From assembly GCA_964581165.1 (NCBI GenBank), contig CAZOMM010000002.1, forward strand, positions 1 through 45,843: a stretch of 45,843 nt of DNA. The letters are read 5' to 3'. The position numbers and the translations under genes were made by a program. The notes beneath the pieces were generated by a model, which searched no databases, was not told the origin of the DNA, and worked only from the letters and a program-made list of their open reading frames with translations. Source of the stretch: an uncultured Coriobacteriaceae bacterium (GTDB lineage: Bacteria > Actinomycetota > Coriobacteriia > Coriobacteriales > CADBOM01). This document shows positions 1 through 8,828 of the stretch, piece by piece (position 1 is the stretch's first letter; the number at the start of each line of letters is the position of its first letter).

Positions 1-1104
1 TTTACAGAGTATCTTTCTCTTGTTGGCAGCGATTACAAAGAACTTTATTCCGATGCATACGATATTACTCAGCCTTACGAATATCTCGATTACTATTACG
101 CGACAACAGATATTTCATTTATGGATATAGGTGGAACAGGGAGTTTTTTCTTTTATCATACAGAGGATGAGGAAACTCTGTCATCGCTTGCAGAGTCAGG
201 GATAGAAACTGATACCGTGCTGAGTTTTTCTTGGTCTTGCGATGCTTCTGTATATAGCTTAGACGATGTATGCGCTGCTTTTGAGTCTATTTACGGTGAT
301 TCTCCTATGCACGGTACTTATTCTTATCTTTTCGACAGCAAAGATACATGGGCTTATGTAGAGAGCTATTGTTGGGAAAATGCAGAAGGCGGTTACGATC
401 TAGAACTGTATCTCTTCTCGGAGAGCGATCGAATATCTGCGACCTGGTATGCTCATCCAGATGTCGAGGGAAGTTATGAAGATCTTGTAGCAATATTGGA
501 AAAGGCTCTTGAGGATAGAGATGTTTCTGCCTATGAGAACTTACTGTATGGGGGCGATAACCTGTCAGTCTCGGACTCACTTACGGACACGATAACAGAC
601 TTTCTCTCAAGTGAGGAAATCGATCAAATAGACTACTCAATTGGGGAGACAATTAAAGTAACTACTTTTACTCATGTGTATCTGCTAAACAATTATTATC
701 TATCAATGATGGAACTGGAACGAGTCGAGAGTCTGTATATTGTGAATATGGATCTTACTCTTTACCAGGGTGAAAGTATCATCTTTGGAGCAAGCTGCAA
801 AATAGATATTGCTTACATAAATGACGAATGGAGAATAATCGGGATTTTCCTGGAAGAGCGCTTTTCTGACGAGCTTTTGGTAGAACTTGCAAAGCAATAT
901 TATGAATATGTACATGGCACTGTCCCACCCATTGTTGAGATCGATCACTATGAGGGAGATGACGTTGTGATTCATCTCTATGAGACGAATGGCGGCTCGA
1001 CTGCAACATGGGATTGGTACACGATTGACCCCTATACTTGTGAGGGGACGGATTTTCTAGGAAATGAAATCCGGCTGTATGATTTTTTTGCCGATGTAGA
1101 GTAG
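1..1104 (+). CDS. hypothetical acidic protein, 5'-partial (frame open to window edge)
   Basis: Frame 1 has no stop from nt 1 to the TAG at 1102-1104, so the ORF-track Met at 121 is probably internal. Asp/Glu/Tyr-rich with no motif I recognise. A strong terminator follows. Confidence 0.5.
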   Translation, partial: FTEYLSLVGSDYKELYSDAYDITQPYEYLDYYYATTDISFMDIGGTGSFFFYHTEDEETLSSLAESGIETDTVLSFSWSCDASVYSLDDVCAAFESIYGDSPMHGTYSYLFDSKDTWAYVESYCWENAEGGYDLELYLFSESDRISATWYAHPDVEGSYEDLVAILEKALEDRDVSAYENLLYGGDNLSVSDSLTDTITDFLSSEEIDQIDYSIGETIKVTTFTHVYLLNNYYLSMMELERVESLYIVNMDLTLYQGESIIFGASCKIDIAYINDEWRIIGIFLEERFSDELLVELAKQYYEYVHGTVPPIVEIDHYEGDDVVIHLYETNGGSTATWDWYTIDPYTCEGTDFLGNEIRLYDFFADVE

Positions 1105-1140
1105 TCAAGGAAAACGTAAATACGTAAATATACGGGTAAC

Positions 1141-1173
1141 AAAAATCGGGTGGGATTCTCCTGCCCGATTTTT
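1141..1173 (+). terminator. rho-independent terminator
   Basis: AAAAATCGGG ... CCCGATTTTT stem. It can be extended with G-U pairs (TGGG/CCTG) around the loop ATTCT and ends in a T-run. It lies 37 nt after the stop at 1104. Confidence 0.7.
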
Positions 1174-1178
1174 GCGTT

Positions 1179-1225
1179 GTGTGCCGAGAATGGGACGTTT
1201 TCTAATGAGGGATGAGTTTGAGAAG
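1179..1225 (+). mobile_element. decayed 5'-end fragment of a class C group II intron
   Basis: GTGTGCCGAGAATGGGACGTTTTCTAATG matches 45795-45823 (GTGTGCCGAGCATGGCACGTTTTCTAATG) with 2 mismatches. It sits 5 nt after a terminator, as the other copy does. Similarity decays after about 30 nt, and no RT ORF or domain V is seen before the next gene. Confidence 0.45.
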
Positions 1226-1402
1226 TTGCTAATAATGATAGCTTGGCTTGGTAGAAATGATAGGTTCAACTATCAATAATGATAGGTTTGGCTGTCATTT
1301 CAGACATTTCAGGTATCAGCGTGAGCGAGTCAGCGCATCAATGCATCAATCAACGACGCATCATTTGTCTGCTTAAGCACGGCTAAAACTTTATGTCTGG
1401 CC

Positions 1403-1465
1403 TGTACATGTTATGCAGTGATTTCATGTACAATCTGTACATATTTTTTAGTAGAAAAGTGTACA
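1403..1465. promoter_or_regulatory. four TGTACA palindromes upstream of the ATPase gene (candidate operator/promoter)
   Basis: TGTACA occurs at 1403, 1427, 1436 and 1460, giving symmetric 24-9-24 spacing. The last copy ends 16 nt before the ATG at 1481. A TACAAT -10-like hexamer is at 1429-1434. Confidence 0.3.
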
Positions 1466-1480
1466 AACTAGGGAATTGCA

Positions 1481-2848
1481 ATGCAAAACTCCAATTTGGT
1501 TCTAAAGCGAAAAATGTACGACACCGTTCAAAAATGGTACGCGTCTGAAGATTCTAGACCGCTGTTAATAGGGGGAGCCAGACGAACAGGAAAGACCTTT
1601 CTGGCCAATCAAGTTGGGTTTGATCTGGCTGGCCCTAGTTTTGTCAGACTTGATTTTCAAGCCGATCTTGATTCAATTAACCGCATATTCGATCTACCAA
1701 CAAACAATATCGAGGGTATAGTCTCTCGAATTGAGGAATACAGCAAGACAAAACTTTATCCTGAAAACTCACTTCTGTTTTTTGATGAGGTTCAACTCAA
1801 TGAGCGCGCTTTAAATTCACTTCGTTTCTTCGCAGAGTCTCACTGGCGCGTCATGGCAAGCGGTAGCCTTTTGGGAATTAGCACCAAACGAAGAACCTTG
1901 CCATTTCCATCAGGGGTGCTTCAGGTAGAAATGCATCCACTAGACTTTGAAGAGTTTCTTTGGGCTATCGGCGAAGATCACGTAGCTGAGACAATCCGCG
2001 AGCACTATCAAACGCTTGAGCCGTATATCCTTCATGAAGAAGCACTCGAGCTTTACCGCAGATATCTCGTAGTAGGTGGCATGCCTCTACCTGTGCGGCT
2101 TTGGGTGGAAACCAGCGATATGGAGCAGGTAAGAACTGCGCAACGGGAAATCGATGACACCTACACAGCAGACATGACGGATCCAGCTAATGGGATCAGC
2201 GGTATTTCTGCCAAGAGAATCTGGGAGAGCCTTCCCAGTCAGCTTCTTCGTGCATCTACAAAGAAGTTCAAATACGCCGATGTTGTACGGGGAGGGCGTC
2301 GAAGTAGGCTTTTGGAGCCGCTCGAATGGCTAAACGCCGCAGGCATTATCACCATCAACAATCTTACTCGCGATACCCAGGCTCCACTTGCCGCATACAA
2401 CGACTTAGAAGGAAGTTTCTTTAAAGTTTATGTAGCAGACACCGGGATTATGTTCAATAAGTTCAACGTAGACCCTCAGCTGATCCTCGATCGTTCTAGG
2501 AGCCTAGTGCTTTCCTCCGATTTTCGCGGAGCTCTCGCGGAAAACTATGTAATGCAATCCCTTAAGGCAAACGATCTGAAGACGTTTTACTGGATGCCAG
2601 AAGAAAACGCCGGTCGTGGAGAGATAGATTTTGTGTTTCAGACACAAGATGCTCAAGTTGTTCCTATTGAGGTAAAGTCATCGCGCAATGTGGGTGTCAA
2701 AAGTCTTCGAAAGCTCATGGCAGAAGGCAGTTCGCCCTATGCTATTCGTATATCTGAAAACGAGTTCGGCCACACGGCAAGCAACACTGGGATTGAGCTT
2801 AGGAGCATTCCGCTGTATGCATGTTTTTGCATAGATGGCAACTTATAG
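1481..2848 (+). CDS. AAA-family ATPase with C-terminal PD-(D/E)xK-like domain (COG1373 / AAA_14 + DUF4143 type)
   Basis: Walker A is GARRTGKTF and Walker B is LLFFDEVQ. The C-terminal GEIDFVF...PIEVKSS resembles a restriction-endonuclease-fold motif. Size is 455 aa. Confidence 0.8.
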   Translation: MQNSNLVLKRKMYDTVQKWYASEDSRPLLIGGARRTGKTFLANQVGFDLAGPSFVRLDFQADLDSINRIFDLPTNNIEGIVSRIEEYSKTKLYPENSLLFFDEVQLNERALNSLRFFAESHWRVMASGSLLGISTKRRTLPFPSGVLQVEMHPLDFEEFLWAIGEDHVAETIREHYQTLEPYILHEEALELYRRYLVVGGMPLPVRLWVETSDMEQVRTAQREIDDTYTADMTDPANGISGISAKRIWESLPSQLLRASTKKFKYADVVRGGRRSRLLEPLEWLNAAGIITINNLTRDTQAPLAAYNDLEGSFFKVYVADTGIMFNKFNVDPQLILDRSRSLVLSSDFRGALAENYVMQSLKANDLKTFYWMPEENAGRGEIDFVFQTQDAQVVPIEVKSSRNVGVKSLRKLMAEGSSPYAIRISENEFGHTASNTGIELRSIPLYACFCIDGNL

Positions 2849-2962
2849 GACAACCAGCGATTAGGGTTTCTCGGTCAGCCACTATACGCAGGTGCGGAAG
2901 AACTCGCGGCGCGATGTCGATGACATCGCGCTCGCCCCGTCGGCCTGTTCGGCACGACCATG

Positions 2963-3646
2963 CTAGTATTTCGAAAGAATAAAGTCGATACTCTCGACAG
3001 CATCAGTTTCCATATCAACAGACAAGGTGATCTCGAGTTCATTACTGGATGGATCAGCAAACCCCCACTCCACCGAAGCAGTAGCGACATCACTGTCCGT
3101 CCCAGAGTTGCGACTTTTCGCTACATTGTTAGTAACTGGCTCTCCAAGTATCGCAATCGCGCTGTCTAGACTGTGGCCAATTTCGACTCCGCCTGCAACC
3201 CCCATTGCTGAAGTGTCGCCCAGATCACCAAGGCGCACTCTGACACCAGCCACCTCCGCCTCATCTAGGCTGGTGACAGTGTAATCAGCCTGGTTTCTCA
3301 ATGCAAACGTTGCATAAAGATCACTGGCTTCGTTGTAGCAGGCGACGTAAGCTACGGTCCAAAACATACTGTTATCCCCGTCAGACTCCATTTCTATGGA
3401 ATCGACCGCCTCCCATCCAGCGCTGGTCAGATCCGCTCCGGAAAAGGGAAGGGTGTAGTCAACTCCTTCAATTGTCAGAGTCTTCAGCCCATTGAAGGTT
3501 GCGATGCTCACCTGAGCATCGGATCCAGTTCCTTCACTGCTAGCGGCCTCAGTGGATTCATCAGTTGAGTATGTGCTACATCCACCGAGAAGCGACATAG
3601 CTAGGCAAATTCCAAAAGCGATTGCAACGCAGTTTTTTGCTTTCAT
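2963..3646 (-). CDS. hypothetical lipoprotein
   Basis: MKAKNCVAIAFGICLAMSLLGGC is a signal peptide plus lipobox (LLGGC). I prefer the in-frame ATG at 3646, with GGGTGG upstream, over the ORF-track start at 3691. Confidence 0.65.
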   Translation of the reverse strand: MKAKNCVAIAFGICLAMSLLGGCSTYSTDESTEAASSEGTGSDAQVSIATFNGLKTLTIEGVDYTLPFSGADLTSAGWEAVDSIEMESDGDNSMFWTVAYVACYNEASDLYATFALRNQADYTVTSLDEAEVAGVRVRLGDLGDTSAMGVAGGVEIGHSLDSAIAILGEPVTNNVAKSRNSGTDSDVATASVEWGFADPSSNELEITLSVDMETDAVESIDFILSKY

Positions 3647-3915
3647 TTTGACCACCCATCTTTTTCGATACCTGTGTCGCATCCCGATCACTGATATCTG
3701 ATAATGCTTATCATGTCAAGCATTACGAACCGGCCTATGGTGCAAAAAATGTTGGTTGTGTGACGATTTTTCATTTAACTCGCATACGTGCGATAATACG
3801 CCAGTACTATGAGCGTTATAAATCTAGACACTGGCGCGTTGTTGCAATATTGTTGCCCAGTATATTCTTGCGTCAGTTGATTTGATTGTGGTAGGCAAAT
3901 TCGAATCGAGGTTTG

Positions 3916-4311
3916 ATGGGGTTCTTGGCGGCTCTTGGGTCAATATTTCTGGCCGTAATTGTTTTTGGTGTGATTGTCATCCTGGGCATCATCTTTTGTA
4001 TTGTTTCTGGGTTTAAGAGAATTCAAAGTGGGTCGAATCGTGGTTCGGGGGGAAGTTGGAATTCCAACTCCGCTTCGAATGGAAATTACAGAGGCAATTC
4101 TTACTCCACAGCTTCATTTTCTAGGCGTTATGCAGCCTATCAACAGCAGGCTAGGCCCTCATCGTCTACAGCAGGGTATCGTAGCAATGCTGGCCGTCAA
4201 ACCACAGTTGGATCTAGTGCTTCGGGTGCTCGAAATGCAGCTGCCCGAAACGTAGTAGAAGTTGAAATCCTTGAAGTCACAGATGTTGTTGACGAAAAAG
4301 CGGTGAGCTGA
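3916..4311 (+). CDS. small membrane-anchored low-complexity protein
   Basis: One N-terminal TM segment ([28 protein letters not shown]) is followed by a Ser/Gly/Asn/Arg-rich tail. The ATG at 3916 lies one codon inside the TTG at 3913. Confidence 0.45.
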   Translation: MGFLAALGSIFLAVIVFGVIVILGIIFCIVSGFKRIQSGSNRGSGGSWNSNSASNGNYRGNSYSTASFSRRYAAYQQQARPSSSTAGYRSNAGRQTTVGSSASGARNAAARNVVEVEILEVTDVVDEKAVS

Positions 4312-4327
4312 TTTAGTTATCTCCATT

Positions 4328-6127
4328 ATGGATTTAAAGCTAATCAGAAATTTTTCAATCATCGCCCATATAGATCACGGTAAGTCCACCATCGCCGATC
4401 GCATCTTGCAGGCAACAGGCACAATCTCCGATAGAGATATGGTTGATCAGGTGCTCGACTCAATGGACATTGAGCGCGAGCGCGGCATTACCATCAAATC
4501 TCAGCCAGTTCACATTCTTTATGATGCTGACGATGGACAAACTTACCATCTCAATCTAATCGACACCCCTGGTCATGTGGATTTTGCCTATGAGGTCTCG
4601 CGCTCGCTTGCTGCCTGCGAAGGTGCTGTTCTTGTTGTGGATGCAGCCCAGGGCGTGCAAGCACAAACGGTAGCCAATGCTTCTTTGGCAATGAACTCAA
4701 ATCTCGAGATAATCCCTCTCATAAACAAGATTGATCTTCCTGCTGCCGATCCAGATAAGGCAAAGGAAGAAATCGAGGAAGGTCTGGCGATTCCTGCTGA
4801 CGAGGCTGTACTTGCCTCGGGTAAAACAGGGGAGGGAATTCACGAACTTTTAGAGGCCATAGTCAATACAATCCCAGCTCCTACAGGCAATGCAGATGCT
4901 CCACTTAAAGCTCTTATCTTTGACTCTTATTTCGATGCATATCGAGGTGTAGTTGCACTGGTTCGCATAATGGATGGATCGGTTTGTAAGGGCAATAAGA
5001 TATTGTGTATGGCCAACAACACAAAGGCAGAGGTCGAAGAGGTGGGGGTTAGACGTCCCGATAACACACCAGTAGATTCGCTTGGCCCCGGTGAGGTTGG
5101 ATACCTAGTTACTGGTCTTAAGGACCCCTCGCTTATTAAGGTTGGCGATACGATCACTCTGCAAAAAGGTGGTGCCGAAGAGCCGCTTGAGGGCTATCGC
5201 GAGGTAAAGCCCATGGTTTTTGCGGGAATCTTTCCAATAGAAGGCGATCAGTATTCAACACTTCGTGATGCACTGGATAAGCTTTCTCTAAACGATGCAG
5301 CTTTGGTTTATGAGCCAGAAAATTCCCATGCTCTTGGCTTTGGTTTTAGGGTGGGTTTTTTGGGGCTTTTGCATATGGAGGTTATCAAGGAGCGACTGGA
5401 GCGCGAGTTTGGCTTGGATCTTATCGCCACGGCTCCTAGCGTCGAATACCGTGTATATATGAAGTCTGGCGAGCTTATTACGATGCACTCGCCGCAAGAC
5501 TATCCCGATCCAGCTGCTATCGAGCACATAGAAGAACCCTACATCAAAGCTTCTATATTGGTGCCACCAGATTTTGTTGGTGCCGTTATGGAGGTCTCGG
5601 TTGAGCATCGCGGCGTTTTTGACAACATGCAATACCTGTCGATGAACACAGTTGAGATGAAGTGGTCGATGCCGCTATCGGAGCTAATCCTCGACTTTTT
5701 TGACAAACTCAAGAGCCGCACTAAGGGTTATGCGACTCTAGATTATGAGCTGTCGGGTTATAGGCCCTCTGATCTGGTTAAGCTCGAGATTCTGATATCT
5801 GGCAAGCCCGTGGATGCACTGAGTTTTATCATTCATACAGACAAGGCTTACGATCGTGGAAATTCGCTAACTCGCAAACTCAAAGATGTTATCCCCAGAC
5901 AGCTTTTTGAGGTGCCAATTCAGGCTGCTATTGGCGGCAGGGTGATTTCGCGAACCAATGTTAAAGCCAAGCGCAAGGATGTGCTGGCCAAGTGCTATGG
6001 TGGTGATATTTCGCGCAAACGAAAGCTGCTAGAAAAGCAAAAGGCTGGCAAAAAACGCATGAAAGCCATCGGCAATGTGGAGGTTCCGCAGGAAGCCTTT
6101 ATGGCGATCTTAGAGGTTGACGAGTGA
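4328..6127 (+). CDS. lepA: translation elongation factor 4 (LepA)
   Basis: GTPase motifs [17 protein letters not shown] and NKID, plus the LepA-specific C-terminal domain. 599 aa. Confidence 0.97.
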   Translation: MDLKLIRNFSIIAHIDHGKSTIADRILQATGTISDRDMVDQVLDSMDIERERGITIKSQPVHILYDADDGQTYHLNLIDTPGHVDFAYEVSRSLAACEGAVLVVDAAQGVQAQTVANASLAMNSNLEIIPLINKIDLPAADPDKAKEEIEEGLAIPADEAVLASGKTGEGIHELLEAIVNTIPAPTGNADAPLKALIFDSYFDAYRGVVALVRIMDGSVCKGNKILCMANNTKAEVEEVGVRRPDNTPVDSLGPGEVGYLVTGLKDPSLIKVGDTITLQKGGAEEPLEGYREVKPMVFAGIFPIEGDQYSTLRDALDKLSLNDAALVYEPENSHALGFGFRVGFLGLLHMEVIKERLEREFGLDLIATAPSVEYRVYMKSGELITMHSPQDYPDPAAIEHIEEPYIKASILVPPDFVGAVMEVSVEHRGVFDNMQYLSMNTVEMKWSMPLSELILDFFDKLKSRTKGYATLDYELSGYRPSDLVKLEILISGKPVDALSFIIHTDKAYDRGNSLTRKLKDVIPRQLFEVPIQAAIGGRVISRTNVKAKRKDVLAKCYGGDISRKRKLLEKQKAGKKRMKAIGNVEVPQEAFMAILEVDE

Positions 6128-7380
6128 GGGACATCCAAGTCTTTGAGTCGACCGGATCGCCTTCTAATGCAGATCGCATGCGTGCGATGTTTAAAGACAA
6201 TCCCTTGTTGTTAGGTCCAATGGCAGGTTGGACGGATGCGATCTTTAGGGGCATTTGCAAGAGCTTTGGTGCTGGCCTTACCTGCACCGAGATGATCTCG
6301 GCAATGGGGATTCATTACCGCGACAAAAAGACTCTTGAATATCTGGAGCTGGCCGACTCAGAAGATATTGCGGCAGTACAGCTTTTTGGAAACAATCCGG
6401 ACATCATGGCGCAAGCTGCTGTTTTTGTTGCAGAACGCTTGGGGGATCGACTTGCTGCAGTGGATATCAATATGGGATGTCCTGCAAGAAAGGTTGTTCG
6501 TAAGGGCGAGGGCTCGGCTCTTATGGAGACTCCAGAACTTGCCTCGCGCATTATTTCTCGTGTGGTAGATGCGGTAGATCTGCCGGTAACTGTTAAGTTT
6601 AGGCGGGGTTTTAAGCGGGGTCGGGAAAACGCGGTTGAGTTTGCAAAAATGACTGAGGCCTCGGGAGCTTCGGCGATTTGTGTTCATGGGCGCTATGCAG
6701 AAGATTTGTATCACGGCAAGGCCGATTGGGATCTTATTGCTAGGGTTGTGGATGCTGTTTCTATCCCAGTTGTTGCAAGCGGGGACATGATGGATCCTGT
6801 TTCTGTAAAGCGCTGTCTGGATGTAACAGATGCTAGTGCTGCAATGATCGCTCGTGGTGCGCAGGGTAATCCTTGGATTTTTGCCAGAACTAAGAAGTAT
6901 TTGGATACTTGCAGGGGTATTTTGGGGAGTGAGTCGGTTTTAGAGAGCGTGTCGGGGTCTGGTTTGCGGGTACCTGCGCAGGTGACTTCGCGGGTGTCCG
7001 CACAGGTATCTGATGACACTTTGCAGGCACTTTCGCAGGTGCCTTTGCAAGAGTCTTCGCGGCTGTCCGCACAGGTGCCCGATAACACTTCGCAGCTGCC
7101 TTCGCAGGTGCTCGCACAAGTGCCTGATGAGCCCGATGCTACTGAAAGACTCAGAGTAGCCCGCATTCATATGAGGCTTTTAGCTGATCGTGGAGGCAGA
7201 CATCTCGTTAAGTTGCGCACCTGCCTACCAGCTTATCTAAAAGCTTTGCCTGGAGCATCGGCTGCACGCAGGCAAATAATGCTGTGCAAGAGCAAGCAGG
7301 ATTACGAGGAATTATTTGATCTACTGGCTTTGCGCTTAAGCAGCTTTGAGCCTGAGCAGCTTGCCATCCACAAGGGCTAG
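6124..7380 (+). CDS. dus: tRNA-dihydrouridine synthase with a repeat-rich insertion
   Basis: PMAGWTD and DINMGCP (catalytic Cys) motifs. The GTG start overlaps the lepA stop (GTGA); an internal ATG (MRAMFKDN) is an alternative. A low-complexity block of about 60 aa (AQV/SQV) lies before the C-terminal helical domain. Confidence 0.85.
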   Translation: MRDIQVFESTGSPSNADRMRAMFKDNPLLLGPMAGWTDAIFRGICKSFGAGLTCTEMISAMGIHYRDKKTLEYLELADSEDIAAVQLFGNNPDIMAQAAVFVAERLGDRLAAVDINMGCPARKVVRKGEGSALMETPELASRIISRVVDAVDLPVTVKFRRGFKRGRENAVEFAKMTEASGASAICVHGRYAEDLYHGKADWDLIARVVDAVSIPVVASGDMMDPVSVKRCLDVTDASAAMIARGAQGNPWIFARTKKYLDTCRGILGSESVLESVSGSGLRVPAQVTSRVSAQVSDDTLQALSQVPLQESSRLSAQVPDNTSQLPSQVLAQVPDEPDATERLRVARIHMRLLADRGGRHLVKLRTCLPAYLKALPGASAARRQIMLCKSKQDYEELFDLLALRLSSFEPEQLAIHKG

Positions 7381-7388
7381 GGCCTAAA

Positions 7389-8663
7389 ATGTTCAATCCT
7401 TTTAGTTCCCTGTATCTTCATATTCCTTTTTGTGTTAAGCGCTGTAATTACTGTGATTTTTATACTCAAGCCATACCTTTAAGCGATTCATATATCGATG
7501 AATATGTCGCTAGTTTGGAGCACTCAATCTCTTTGGCCTCTAGGACTGGTCTGCTTGCTGGACTTAGTACTATCTACATAGGGGGCGGAACCCCAAGTTT
7601 TATTGGCAAGCAGCGGCTTTGCCATTTAATAGATGCGCTTGTTTCGGCAGTAGATCTCTCTCGGATTGCTGAGTTTACAGTTGAGTGCAACCCTGATTCG
7701 CTCGATGCCAGCCTTGTCAAAAGCTTGGCTCAAATGGGGGTAAATCGTTTATCTATAGGAGTACAGAGTTTGGATGACTCTGTACTAGCAATTCTTGGTC
7801 GAGTACATAGCGCCGATGCTGCTAGGGCTGCAATCTCAGCAGCTGCAGAACACCTAGACAATGTTAGTGCCGATCTTATCTGTGGGATTATGGGCCAGGA
7901 CGTATCCACATTTGTAAACAGCCTAGAAGAGCTGACATATATGGGTCTAAGTCACATTAGTGTTTATCCCCTTATGGTGGAGAAAGAAACTCCCCTCTGT
8001 CGGGCTGTAGAAAGCGGATCTGTTCCAGATGTGGATGAGGATGTTCAGGCCGATCACATGCTCATTGCTAGAGAAATCCTTCTTGATGCGGGCTTTGATC
8101 ACTACGAAGTAGCTAGCTATGCCAAGCCTGGATTTGAGAGTAAGCATAATCTTTCTTGTTGGAATGGATCTGCTTATCTTGGCTTGGGAGATGGGGCTGC
8201 AAGCATGCTTAGCCTGTCGGATGCTCCTGAGCTTTTGCAAAGTTCTGCTTTGTCAAAGTGGGCAGGAGATGGGATAGCAGTAAATGAGGTAGCAGTAAAT
8301 GAGACAGCAGGGGACAAGACAGCAGGGGACAAGTTATATAAGCAGCTTTTGGAGCCACAAAATCAACAGGATCAATCGCGTTTGCGCCTCAAAACCATCT
8401 CGGGTCAAGCAGAGATAGAAATTCTTGATCATAGGCAAGCTTTATGCGAGGATGCGATGCTTGCACTTAGAACTTCTGCAGGGATTAGTTCAGACTTTTT
8501 CCAAAAATGCCTCGATGAAGTTCCCCAAATTCAATATGCAATTGAACAGGCCTTGAATCTTGGATTGGTTCAAATTAGCTCGGCTGGTTCAGTTGTTCCT
8601 ACTATCAAAGGCTGGCTTATCGGAAACGAGCTTTACGAACTTATCTGGAATTGTGCGTTATAG
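7389..8663 (+). CDS. hemW: radical SAM heme chaperone HemW (HemN-like, oxygen-independent coproporphyrinogen oxidase family)
   Basis: CVKRCNYCDF (CxxxCxxC) and GGGTPS motifs. It occupies the lepA-downstream position typical of Gram-positives. Confidence 0.9.
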   Translation: MFNPFSSLYLHIPFCVKRCNYCDFYTQAIPLSDSYIDEYVASLEHSISLASRTGLLAGLSTIYIGGGTPSFIGKQRLCHLIDALVSAVDLSRIAEFTVECNPDSLDASLVKSLAQMGVNRLSIGVQSLDDSVLAILGRVHSADAARAAISAAAEHLDNVSADLICGIMGQDVSTFVNSLEELTYMGLSHISVYPLMVEKETPLCRAVESGSVPDVDEDVQADHMLIAREILLDAGFDHYEVASYAKPGFESKHNLSCWNGSAYLGLGDGAASMLSLSDAPELLQSSALSKWAGDGIAVNEVAVNETAGDKTAGDKLYKQLLEPQNQQDQSRLRLKTISGQAEIEILDHRQALCEDAMLALRTSAGISSDFFQKCLDEVPQIQYAIEQALNLGLVQISSAGSVVPTIKGWLIGNELYELIWNCAL

Positions 8664-8721
8664 GCGCACTATAAATTACGGCTATAAACTTGATACCGTT
8701 TGCAAACCTTAAGCGGCTCTT

Positions 8722-8748
8722 TTAGCACTCTCCAACCCAAGCTGCTAA
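8722..8748. promoter_or_regulatory. degenerate CIRCE-like inverted repeat (candidate HrcA operator)
   Basis: TTAGCACTC-N9-AGCTGCTAA versus consensus TTAGCACTC-N9-GAGTGCTAA. The left arm matches 9/9 and the right arm 6/9. It lies about 80 nt upstream of hrcA. Confidence 0.45.
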
Positions 8749-8828
8749 ACTTGCTTGCAAGTGACGGGAGTTTCTGAAGTACTTATAACTTGGAACTCAT
8801 GTTTAGTTTTTATGGGAAGGGGGATGAG

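Noticed and set aside
2909-2931. Perfect 10-bp GC-rich hairpin GCGCGATGTC-gat-GACATCGCGC in a locally GC-rich patch between the convergent ATPase and lipoprotein genes
   Set aside because: There is no U-tract on either strand, so it is not a convincing intrinsic terminator. It shows no similarity to intron domain V/VI, so no function can be assigned.
7389-8663. HemW considered as the missing GRE activating enzyme
   Set aside because: At 424 aa it has the HemN/HemW architecture (GGGTPS, HemN_C-like tail) and sits in the conserved lepA-hemW context 10 kb away. GRE activases are about 250-310 aa with a different fold context.
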